Shown one piece after another: positions 1 through 6,659 of a DNA stretch of 40,104 bases (position 1 is the stretch's first letter; each line of letters opens with the position of its first letter). The notes below the pieces were generated by a model, which was not told the DNA's origin, did not search any database, and saw nothing but the letters and a program-made list of their open reading frames with translations. The stretch comes from a virus. The DNA is taken from IMG/VR virus record IMGVR_UViG_3300038505_000020, positions 1 to 40,104 of that record, one strand, 5' to 3'. A program made the translations under genes and the position numbers.

Positions 1-107
1 TTCAATGTAAGAAATAACTTGACTTACGTAATCTCTGTCTATATCATTTGCAAATCTTATCCTGTCCCAATTTTTTAAAACAGTGTTTTCAATCCTAATA
101 TGTTTAT
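1..107. repeat. Terminal overlap, left copy. It is identical to 39998-40104 and indicates circular closure or terminal redundancy; the unique unit is 39,997 bp.
   Basis: Direct comparison of the two ends: ttcaatgtaagaaataacttgacttacgtaatc...aatcctaatatgtttat is present at both ends. Confidence 0.95.
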
Positions 108-1215
108 TGATTGATTCAGTAAATGGCTTAACTCCATGATTTCCTCGAAGCTTGTACAAGTCCCTAGCACAATATCCCTTATCTGCATTTGATTCTACTA
201 TAATTGTACCAACGTTAAATTTATTTAGTAAATTTATTATTTCTTGATATAGTGAGGAAACATTTTTTTTCCAAACGTAACCTCTTACTTGAATATATTC
301 ATTATTAACAATCCCACCGATTGACAAAGCTGTATAGTTTGACCCACCATATGCTGGGTCAAGAAATGCTAGATTGTGAACATTTGTATTCCATTCAGAA
401 TATTTTGGCTCTGGAAAAAATGCTGTCTCTTGTCTAATATGCATAAGCTCATAATTACAAGCAAATAGAGAACTACTCATTCCAGCTCGAAGTAAATTAA
501 TTTTTTCCTGTGATATTATATTTGTATCATAGATTGAGAATTTTTTTATTTCTGGAACTATTTTTTCTATTATATTCCAGGCGTCCTCTTCATGCCATGG
601 GGTACCAGTAAATAAAATTTTTCCTGAATCTTTAACTATATTCAGCAATTCCATAATATAATTTTTTGTCTTTTCTCTCTCTGCTTTGGAGTATCTGTCT
701 TCAATTGTAACGATATCATCAACTATTATGATATCTGGATGTCGCCCTGTTATTGACGCACCACAACCAACCGCAGTAAGATTGCTATCTGGAAAAAATT
801 TTTTTTTGATTGATAAGTCAAATTTAAGCTTTGACCAATTCTCTCCAATCAAAGATTCAAAATTATAAAACAAACTAAATAATTTTTTGCATTTTTCGGA
901 TTCAAGAATTTTTTGAATTGTATAAAGGACTTCACTTGCTAGTGTCTCTGTTTTTCTAACTAATAATATTGTTATGTCTGGATTAATTAAAAACAATAGT
1001 ATTATTCCAACGATGATTGAAGTAGTCTTATATGATTCTCTATGTGCTTGTATCGATTTATTCCCCTCAGTAAAAAATAAATATTTTATCCAGTCTGAAT
1101 GAATTTGTGAAAGCTTTGTAAATCCAAAATAGTGACCTAGAAAATGTGGATTCTCCCTAATTGCGAAATAAATTTTTTTTTCTGTCTTAAATCTATCATT
1201 GGACGGATTGCTCAA
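1..1215 (-). CDS. terL: Terminase large subunit, N-terminal and central part. The gene wraps around the window junction and ends at 39908.
   Basis: It is absent from the ORF track because it runs off the left edge. My manual translation of the minus strand (codons phased on multiples of 3) is open from 1230 to 1. It reads ...IQAHRESYKTTS (Walker-A-like), PDIIIVDDI (Walker B), FTGTPW, and LDPAYGGSNYTALSIGG / VESNADKGY (RNaseH-like nuclease). The start is ambiguous: TTG at 1215, or ATG at 1199 plus a -1 shift in an A9 run. Confidence 0.85.
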   Translation of the reverse strand, partial: MSNPSNDRFKTEKKIYFAIRENPHFLGHYFGFTKLSQIHSDWIKYLFFTEGNKSIQAHRESYKTTSIIVGIILLFLINPDITILLVRKTETLASEVLYTIQKILESEKCKKLFSLFYNFESLIGENWSKLKFDLSIKKKFFPDSNLTAVGCGASITGRHPDIIIVDDIVTIEDRYSKAEREKTKNYIMELLNIVKDSGKILFTGTPWHEEDAWNIIEKIVPEIKKFSIYDTNIISQEKINLLRAGMSSSLFACNYELMHIRQETAFFPEPKYSEWNTNVHNLAFLDPAYGGSNYTALSIGGIVNNEYIQVRGYVWKKNVSSLYQEIINLLNKFNVGTIIVESNADKGYCARDLYKLRGNHGVKPFTESINKHIRIENTVLKNWDRIRFANDIDRDYVSQVISYIE

Positions 1216-1558
1216 TTGCGTTATTCTCTTTTAATAATCCTAAGGAAATAAATTCTTTCTCTAACTCTATTACATTTGGCTTAGCATCAATATTGACGTT
1301 TGCGTTGTAAATAAATTCTTTAGGTTTTCCATACATTCTATCTAATATAAGAGAAGCTGCTCTAACATTACCTTTGATTGCACTAACGCATAAATTTCTT
1401 AACATTACTTCAATGACTGTTTTATTGTCTTTTAATTCTTCAGTTAAAATTCTTGACAAAATAACTTCAAGACTCTCTATTTCTTTTATTTTTTTTTTAT
1501 CAAAGCTGCCTTTTTTTCTGCCTCTATTTTTGGGCTGATATGAAGAACTAAATCGCAT
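1196..1558 (-). CDS. terS: Terminase small subunit.
   Basis: 120 aa. It has a basic N-terminus (PKNRGRKKGS) and ...VRAASLILDRMYGKP, typical of small terminases. It lies immediately upstream of terL, and its TGA stop overlaps an ATG (ATGA at 1199..1196). An RBS (GGTGGAG) lies upstream. Confidence 0.65.
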   Translation of the reverse strand: MRFSSSYQPKNRGRKKGSFDKKKIKEIESLEVILSRILTEELKDNKTVIEVMLRNLCVSAIKGNVRAASLILDRMYGKPKEFIYNANVNIDAKPNVIELEKEFISLGLLKENNAIEQSVQ

Positions 1559-1631
1559 TTGTTTTTTACTCCACCGTTTTATGATTCGTTTTGATCTCGT
1601 TAGTAAATAAATATTTTTTACAAAATACTAT

Positions 1632-2195
1632 TCATATGTTTAGTTTATTAAGAATATTTATAAGCCCTTCTGAGGGACTGCTTCCATACTCAAAAAGTTT
1701 TTTCCTTACACTGTCAAATTCTTCTTTTGTCCCAAACTGCAAAACTAAAGTAAATTTTTTTACTTCTTCTGAATCTATATTAACTTTATCTGATTCATCA
1801 AGATCATTTTCTAAAAAATTTATTTCATAAAATCCCCAGTCTTTCAACTCAACTAAATCAAAATCTTCTGCGAGAATATCAAAATCCCAATTGCCAAATG
1901 AAATGTTGTCTTTAATAATGAACTGTCTTTTTTTTGACTCGTCCCAATCGTCGCACAATATAACAGGGACTTTTTTTACTCCAATTTGTTTTAACGCTTC
2001 AAGTCGCATATTGCCGCCAAGGACTGTATAAGTACCGTCAAAATTTGAGAAGCAAACCAAAGGTCTTTTTTTAAGCATTTCTGGAAATTCTTTTACTGAA
2101 TTGACCAATTGCTTAAAACGATTATCTTTAATAAGTCTAGGATTTTTATTATTTCTTTTTATTAAGTTTACATCAATGTCAATAATTTCTTGCAT
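1632..2195 (-). CDS. ParB/Srx-like N-terminal nuclease-domain protein.
   Basis: 187 aa with KNPRLI and GGNMRLEALK motifs (ParB-N fold). It is the first gene of the packaging cluster. No ParA gene or parS-like array is visible. Confidence 0.6.
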   Translation of the reverse strand: MQEIIDIDVNLIKRNNKNPRLIKDNRFKQLVNSVKEFPEMLKKRPLVCFSNFDGTYTVLGGNMRLEALKQIGVKKVPVILCDDWDESKKRQFIIKDNISFGNWDFDILAEDFDLVELKDWGFYEINFLENDLDESDKVNIDSEEVKKFTLVLQFGTKEEFDSVRKKLFEYGSSPSEGLINILNKLNI

Positions 2196-2208
2196 TGTTT
2201 TAATGACC

Positions 2209-2253
2209 TTTTATATTTAGATTTTTATTTTTTTTCTAAATATAAAAAGTCAA
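2209..2253 (-). promoter_or_regulatory. Candidate promoter/operator in front of the packaging and late block. It has a TTGACTTTTT -35-type box (2253..2248) followed by a perfect 13-bp inverted repeat (2209-2221 / 2235-2247).
   Basis: The minus strand reads AAAAAAAATTATTGACT TTTTATATTTAGA-13nt-TCTAAATATAAAA GGTCATTAAAACAATG. The same TTGACTTTTT box occurs at five other promoter-like sites. I found no convincing -10 at 17 bp. Confidence 0.3.
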
Positions 2254-2262
2254 TAATTTTTT

Positions 2263-2469
2263 TTATTCTGAAATAATAATTTTTTCATTTAGTATAGAAA
2301 TTTCTGTGTAATACAGTGGGAATTCTTCTTGCAATTGTACACAATCGGATAGCCCATTGCATAATACACGCACGAAATAAATATTTATTTCATCGCTTTC
2401 ATTTGGAAATAAGCTAAATGAAAGCCAAGATAAAATAAATATAAGAATGTAAATAAAAAATGTTTTCAT
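2263..2469 (-). CDS. Small secreted protein (signal peptide), paralog of 2466..2693.
   Basis: 68 aa. It has a hydrophobic N-terminus (FFIYILIFILSWLSFSL), then YFVRVLCNGLSDCVQL, the same (Y)FV-x-(I/L)xC-x4-5-C pattern as its neighbour. Confidence 0.45.
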   Translation of the reverse strand: MKTFFIYILIFILSWLSFSLFPNESDEINIYFVRVLCNGLSDCVQLQEEFPLYYTEISILNEKIIISE

Positions 2470-2693
2470 ATTTTACCTTCCTTGTAAATAATTTTTTGAT
2501 TTAATTTGATTACGTCTATTTTTTCGCTTTCTATCTTTTTTTCATTTTGAAGTTTTAAAATTATCTTATTGCATTCATCAATTGAACTGCATGCAATTTT
2601 TAAAACAAAATAATTTTTTAACTTAAACTTCAAAGGTTTAGTTAAAACAATTGTAGAAAAAAATAGTGATAAAATTAGTAAAATCTTATACAT
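2466..2693 (-). CDS. Small secreted protein (signal peptide), paralog of 2263..2469.
   Basis: 75 aa. It has the N-terminus ILLILSLFFSTIVLT, then YFVLKIACSSIDECNKI. Its stop has a 4-nt overlap with the next gene. Confidence 0.45.
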   Translation of the reverse strand: MYKILLILSLFFSTIVLTKPLKFKLKNYFVLKIACSSIDECNKIILKLQNEKKIESEKIDVIKLNQKIIYKEGKI

Positions 2694-2705
2694 ATTGAAC
2701 TCCTT

Positions 2706-2996
2706 TTAATTCCTGCAAGCTTTATAAAAACTTTTATAAAGAATTTTATATAATCTTTTAGCTTTATTTATATCATATGATATATAGAAAAAAATTTTTT
2801 TATTTGATACGTCGTTGTGAAAAAGCTTAGTTATCAACATTTTATTTACAAAAGCTAACTGCTTTAATTCAATTTCTTTACTAAATCTTTTTGTTGTACT
2901 TCTGTAAAGCAAGTAAGATAAGTCGCAATCAAACGACCTATTGTAAAATAAAGTAAACGCATAATTTATTTTTTTCTTAGTAATTTCAAAATTCAT
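2706..2996 (-). CDS. Hypothetical protein.
   Basis: 96-aa ORF with an RBS (AAAGGAG) upstream. It is co-oriented with its neighbours. Confidence 0.4.
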   Translation of the reverse strand: MNFEITKKKINYAFTLFYNRSFDCDLSYLLYRSTTKRFSKEIELKQLAFVNKMLITKLFHNDVSNKKIFFYISYDINKAKRLYKILYKSFYKACRN

Positions 2997-3025
2997 TTTT
3001 TAACTCCTTTTATTATAATTTAAAA

Positions 3026-3051
3026 GCTAGCATAAAAAAATTTATGCTAGC
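3026..3051 (-). terminator. Hairpin terminator between the 3065..3937 gene and the 2706..2996 gene.
   Basis: An 11-bp stem, GCTAGCATAAA-aaaa-TTTATGCTAGC. T-rich tracts follow on both strands. Confidence 0.45.
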
Positions 3052-3064
3052 AATAAAAATTTTT

Positions 3065-3937
3065 TTACAAACTATTAATAAAGTCTTCAAGAATATAATA
3101 TTCTTCAAGAGAGACTTCATTCTTTTGTTTCTTTTTGACTAAGCTTGAAAATAGCTCATTCTTACTTTTTCCAGAAGAGAAAGCATTGTAAATTTTTTCT
3201 TTCATTTCTTCCAACTTTACTTCATTGGTTATTAATTCTTCTGAAGTTTGAATATTGCTATTGTTTACATTTGAGTTTTCATTTTCTTTTTCTTTCTCAT
3301 TATTATTGTTATTCTGCTGATTGGAATTTACAATTGTACTTATATCAGTGTAATCTTCCAAGTCTTGCGTGAACAACATTCCAGCCATTGTAGATTTTAT
3401 CGTTGCATCTACAAAGCTTCTCTTAGCTGACATCTTTAAGCAAGTGTTATACACGTCTGCAATGTCAGGATTCTCAACGTATATAAGCTCATAGAAACCC
3501 CAGCCGTTTTCAGTTTTAACAGCTTCTTTCCCTTGTAGCTTATATTCATTTTTTCTAATTTTATAGTCTTTAGGAATTTCACCTAAATATTTTTTTTCCT
3601 TTCTATATCTATATTTTTTTTCCAAAGTGCTGCAGGAACCAACTCCTGTGGAAATAATTTTTCCACTTTTGTCAAAAATTTCTGTAGTAGAAATATATTC
3701 TCTATGGTTATTTTCGAGAAGTTTTACTTCTACAATTGTTTTTGACGTATACCCAAAAAGCAAAAGAAGTTTTTCAGCTCCTGCTTTTAGCAAAGTTGGT
3801 TTGTCAGTGCCTGGAATTCTACCATAATCTACATTCTCAACTAAGACTTCATCATAAGCTTTCTTTAACAGCTCAAGTGAAATCTTAATATTATTTATTT
3901 TCTCAATGTTTATGTTTTGAACTTTTTCTAGCTCCAT
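3065..3937 (-). CDS. Conserved phage early protein, possibly a single-strand annealing/recombination protein, with an Asn-rich linker and a C-terminal tail.
   Basis: 290 aa. The motif VDYGRIPGTDKPTLLKAGAEKLLLLFG ... NTCLKMSAKRSFVDATIK...FTQDLED resembles a widespread phage early family; I cannot decide between an Erf/Rad52-like SSAP and the N4 gp49/Sf6 gp66-like family. It sits in a module with two nucleases. Confidence 0.35.
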   Translation of the reverse strand: MELEKVQNINIEKINNIKISLELLKKAYDEVLVENVDYGRIPGTDKPTLLKAGAEKLLLLFGYTSKTIVEVKLLENNHREYISTTEIFDKSGKIISTGVGSCSTLEKKYRYRKEKKYLGEIPKDYKIRKNEYKLQGKEAVKTENGWGFYELIYVENPDIADVYNTCLKMSAKRSFVDATIKSTMAGMLFTQDLEDYTDISTIVNSNQQNNNNNEKEKENENSNVNNSNIQTSEELITNEVKLEEMKEKIYNAFSSGKSKNELFSSLVKKKQKNEVSLEEYYILEDFINSL

Positions 3938-3957
3938 TTTTTATACTCCTTTTTTTA

Positions 3958-4350
3958 TTAAAAATTTTTATCAATTTTTTCTTTATTGTTGTTTACGCAA
4001 TTACACTTAATTATTTTTTCGCTTATATTATTTAATTCATCTTCTAAAGCTCCACTTGGAACTAATTTAGAAATTTCAAACATAATTTGAAACTTATCAA
4101 TCAAGTTATTTTCAAGCTTAATTCTTAACTCGTCATATTCCTTCTTTATGCTCGGATTCATGTTAATTGCTTTATTCAAAGTATAACGCAATTGTAAATC
4201 TGAATATATTCTATAATCTAAAGTATCACCGTTTTTCAATGAATTGCCATTGTGATAAAAATTGGAAATTTCTTTTTTACCTTCATACTTAACAATCCAA
4301 ATATTGCCAAGCCCATCACACTTAGTGCAATTATTTCTTGAATATCCCAT
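3958..4350 (-). CDS. Hypothetical protein with a Cys-pair (zinc-ribbon-like) motif.
   Basis: 130 aa with CTKCDGLG near the N-terminus and KCNC near the C-terminus. Confidence 0.4.
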   Translation of the reverse strand: MGYSRNNCTKCDGLGNIWIVKYEGKKEISNFYHNGNSLKNGDTLDYRIYSDLQLRYTLNKAINMNPSIKKEYDELRIKLENNLIDKFQIMFEISKLVPSGALEDELNNISEKIIKCNCVNNNKEKIDKNF

Positions 4351-4798
4351 CGTCTATTTCTCCATTAATAATATATGAGTCAATAATTTTTTTAGCTTTT
4401 ACTATTGCATCGTTAATTTCTATACCTTGCCCAATTGTAATAACGCACATTTTGGATTTTGCAAGTGCTTCTTGTAATATATTTTGCTCTTCACTCAATT
4501 TTCCTTTTTTTGTTTTTAACTCAAGCCCTAAGGAAGAAAAATATTGAGTTGAGAAAAAAATTATTATATCAGGAAATCCCCGCCATCCGTTTAGTGCTTT
4601 TTTTATCTTAAGTAAATTAAAATTTTTTGTGGGAATTGATAATCCCTGTAAGTGATTAGATAAAAAAGGAATTTTGGGATAACTTCTCTTGAGATATTGA
4701 ACTACCTCATAGTGAATTATGTCTTCTTGATTTTTAAAACGAAATCCCTTGTACTTGTACATAATTTTTTTACCATTTAACTCTATTGTAAACTTCAT
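4331..4798 (-). CDS. VRR-NUC family (PD-(D/E)xK) nuclease.
   Basis: 155 aa. The motif GWRGFPDIIIF...LGLELKTKKGKLSEEQ matches the VRR-NUC G-x-PD ... E-x-K ... S-x-x-Q pattern. Confidence 0.6.
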   Translation of the reverse strand: MKFTIELNGKKIMYKYKGFRFKNQEDIIHYEVVQYLKRSYPKIPFLSNHLQGLSIPTKNFNLLKIKKALNGWRGFPDIIIFFSTQYFSSLGLELKTKKGKLSEEQNILQEALAKSKMCVITIGQGIEINDAIVKAKKIIDSYIINGEIDDGIFKK

Positions 4799-5918
4799 CT
4801 ATCCGAACGTAATTATTCGGATTCAAAACAAACTGGATCGTTGGTACTGCAATCCCACTAAGCCAATAAGAATAAAGCTCCTGAAAAAATTTATTTCCGC
4901 TGCCTTCTTTTTCTTTTGTCAATATTTTTTTTATCTTAATGACTTTTAAGATCTTTTCTGCTATCTTCTCAAGAGATAAAAGCTTGTCGTTGTACACTCT
5001 TTCCATAAGTGAATAATTTGCCGTTTGCATTATATCATGTGAATTTTCAATCAACGCTTGTTTGTCTTTTCTTAAAGCCATTACATTTGGGACATAATAA
5101 GAATCTTCACTAAAAGCAGAAGTGATCTTCTCAATATATCTTACGCATTGGTCTGGATTCAATGTATTCTCTTTAACGGGATATTCTTCATTTGTTTTTT
5201 CAATTGCTCTTATAAAGCTGTCAAGAATTTCTTTCTCTTTTTGTGATTTTTTGGTCAATAAATTTTCTTCCTCTTTAGTCAATAAGTTTCCATCTTCTTT
5301 TGTCAAAAAATTTTTTTCTTCTTTCGTCGAAAAATTTTTTTCGTGCGGATATATATATATATTCTGGTTTTTATTGTCTGGTTTTATTATTCTGTTTTCT
5401 ATTAATGCTTGCCCCCGTTGGCAAACTTGTTTGTCATGTTGACAAGCTTGTTTGTCATGTTGACAAGCTTGTTTGTCCACACTGACAAACTGATATTCTT
5501 GTTTTTCGAGAATTTCATCAATTTCTCCCATTGAATCTTGCGTATTTTGAGTTACATTTGCTTCATCATTGGCTTGATTAGATTTTCCTTCTATAAAGTT
5601 AATAATTTTTTCTTCATTCAATTTAAAATATCTTCTTCTTGGCATTCCCGCATTTTTTATTTCAATAAATCCAATTTTTTTTAAAAAATTTATTACTGGG
5701 TCAATTCTTCTTCTTTTGAGTCCAATTTCGTTAAATTTTTCATAGGTATAATAAAACCAGCTTCCATCCAGCAGCATGTTATTATCTCTAAAATAAACAT
5801 ACTTATCTATTAGCTCGGATAAAATAACTGTTCTATCTAATCCGATCGCTTTTATCAATTCTTTATTGACCATCAAGAAACTATGTTTTGCTAAATAATT
5901 GTCTATTGTTTTCTTCAT
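4770..5918 (-). CDS. Replication initiator/organizer: N-terminal winged-helix domain, repeat-encoded linker and a C-terminal domain.
   Basis: 382 aa. The N-terminal ~110 aa is duplicated in the next gene. The central part is encoded by tandem DNA repeats (DKQACQH x3, EEKNFLTK x4), an architecture like lambda O with the origin inside the gene. Confidence 0.5.
   Translation of the reverse strand: MKKTIDNYLAKHSFLMVNKELIKAIGLDRTVILSELIDKYVYFRDNNMLLDGSWFYYTYEKFNEIGLKRRRIDPVINFLKKIGFIEIKNAGMPRRRYFKLNEEKIINFIEGKSNQANDEANVTQNTQDSMGEIDEILEKQEYQFVSVDKQACQHDKQACQHDKQVCQRGQALIENRIIKPDNKNQNIYIYPHEKNFSTKEEKNFLTKEDGNLLTKEEENLLTKKSQKEKEILDSFIRAIEKTNEEYPVKENTLNPDQCVRYIEKITSAFSEDSYYVPNVMALRKDKQALIENSHDIMQTANYSLMERVYNDKLLSLEKIAEKILKVIKIKKILTKEKEGSGNKFFQELYSYWLSGIAVPTIQFVLNPNNYVRIDEVYNRVKW
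5248..5345. repeat. Four tandem ~24-bp repeats (TTTnGTCAAnAAnTTT..CTTC) inside the rep gene; candidate iterons.
   Basis: GTCAA/GTCGA cores lie at 5253, 5278, 5302 and 5326, spaced 24-25 bp apart. Confidence 0.6.
5418..5492. repeat. Three tandem 21-bp repeats (TTGACAAGCTTGTTTGTCATG) plus a terminal inverted repeat (GTTTGTC-cacact-GACAAAC); candidate iterons.
   Basis: The units lie at 5418-5438 (degenerate), 5439-5459 and 5460-5480. Each contains inverted TGACAA/TTGTCA half-sites around an AAGCTT centre. An (AT)7 tract at 5349-5362 lies between the two repeat clusters. Confidence 0.65.
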
Positions 5919-5942
5919 GTTTTTCCTCCTTAATAATTTTTT

Positions 5943-6290
5943 TCAAAAATATAATTTTCCTTCAATGAAGTTAACAATTTCTTCTTTATTCAATTTGAAA
6001 TATATTCTTTTTGGTATTCCTGCATTTTTTATTTCAATAAAACCCATTCTTAGTAAAAAATTTATTATTGAATCAATTCTTTTTCTTTTTAGTCCGATTT
6101 GGTTAAATTTTTCATAATTATAATAAAACCAGCTTCCTTCAAACAGTATGTTATTTTCTTTTGAGTATGTATACTCATTCATTAGCTCTGTTAGTACAGC
6201 TGCCCGATCTAATCCAATTGCTTTTGTCAATTTTTTATTGATGATTAAAAAACCATTCTGCATTGAATAATTATCTATTGTTTTCTTCAT
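5943..6290 (-). CDS. Stand-alone paralog of the Rep N-terminal winged-helix domain.
   Basis: MKKTIDNYSMQNGFLIINKKLTKAIGLDRAAVLTEL...FIEIKNAGIPKRIYFKLNKEEIVNFIEGK aligns with residues 1-115 of the 4770..5918 product. The true start is probably the ATG at 6290, which has a GAGGAG RBS; the track's 6305 TTG start lies in the leader. Confidence 0.6.
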   Translation of the reverse strand: MKKTIDNYSMQNGFLIINKKLTKAIGLDRAAVLTELMNEYTYSKENNILFEGSWFYYNYEKFNQIGLKRKRIDSIINFLLRMGFIEIKNAGIPKRIYFKLNKEEIVNFIEGKLYF

Positions 6291-6295
6291 GTTTT

Positions 6296-6360
6296 TACTC
6301 CTCAATAATTTTTTTCAAAAAATACTTGAATTTTTTACTATCTCTACAATTGTAGATATT
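6296..6360 (-). promoter_or_regulatory. Promoter/operator/leader module, copy 1: CTACAATTGTAG palindrome (6344-6355), then GAGATAGTAAAAAA, then the GAGGAG RBS.
   Basis: The minus strand reads CTACAATTGTAGAGATAGTAAAAAATTCAAGTATTTTTTGAAAAAAATTATTGAGGAG. GATAGTAAAAA is shared with the -10 region of the main early promoter at 10040. A near-identical copy lies at 6571-6640. Confidence 0.45.
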
Positions 6361-6408
6361 GACCATCAAAAAATTATTTTGTATTAAATAATTATCTAGT
6401 ATTTTCAT
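6298..6408 (-). pseudogene. Relic third copy of the Rep N-terminus, truncated after about 17 homologous residues.
   Basis: ATG at 6408 with an AGGAG RBS. MKILDNYLIQNNFLMVN aligns with MKKTIDNYLAKHSFLMVN (rep) and MKKTIDNYSMQNGFLIIN (paralog). The frame then runs into promoter module copy 1 and stops. Confidence 0.45.
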
Positions 6409-6568
6409 TTTTAAGCTCCTTTAAAAAATTTCTTTCCCTCACTTCTGAAGTGAGGGTTTTTTTTAAGTCAATCTCTTCAATAATTTTTTTATGAATGCTT
6501 GGATTCTCTTCTAAGCATTTCAATATTTTATTTACTAAATCAACTGATAAATTGTTTTTTATTTCCAT
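6398..6568 (-). CDS. Possible small ORF (56 aa), below the ORF-track size cutoff.
   Basis: ATG at 6568 lies 8 nt after a GAGGAG RBS and directly downstream of promoter module copy 2. Product: MEIKNNLSVDLVNKILKCLEENPSIHKKIIEEIDLKK.... It contains the 6436-6456 hairpin, so the coding status is uncertain. Confidence 0.25.
6436..6464 (+). terminator. Strong hairpin plus T8, oriented as a plus-strand intrinsic terminator inside a minus-strand gene block.
   Basis: CCCTCACTT-ctg-AAGTGAGGG followed by TTTTTTTT on the plus strand. On the minus strand the trailing sequence is only AAAGAAATTTTTT. Confidence 0.4.
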
Positions 6569-6570
6569 AA

Positions 6571-6651
6571 ATTTTTCTCCTCAATAAATTTTTTTATAAA
6601 AAAAATACTTGTCTTTTTTACTATCTCTACCATGGTAGGCAATACGCCTAC
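6571..6651 (-). promoter_or_regulatory. Promoter/operator/leader module, copy 2: CTACCATGGTAG palindrome (6626-6637) overlapping a GGTAGGC-aatac-GCCTACC hairpin (6633-6651).
   Basis: The minus strand reads GGTAGGCGTATTGCCTACCATGGTAGAGATAGTAAAAAAGACAAGTATTTTTTTTATAAAAAAATTTATTGAGGAG. It is about 85% identical to 6296-6360. Confidence 0.45.
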
Positions 6652-6659
6652 CTTTGTAA

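Noticed and set aside
686-868. ORF 686..868 (+) in the region the track leaves otherwise empty.
   Set aside because: The whole 1-1215 region is occupied on the minus strand by the terminase large subunit. That gene is missing from the track only because it runs off the window edge, and the plus-strand ORF is antisense to its ATPase domain.
1632-2195. The ParB-like protein as evidence for a plasmid-type partition system (phage-plasmid lifestyle).
   Set aside because: It has only the ParB N-terminal nuclease-like domain. There is no ParA/ParM partner and no parS-like repeat array, and it sits directly upstream of terS/terL. That placement is common for packaging-associated ParB-like nucleases.
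5418-5492. Tandem 21-bp repeats, and the 15-bp repeats at 8834-8872, considered as a possible CRISPR array.
   Set aside because: The repeats are directly adjacent with no unique spacers. There are only 2-3 copies and no cas genes, and the first set lies inside a reading frame. Iterons or regulatory repeats fit better.
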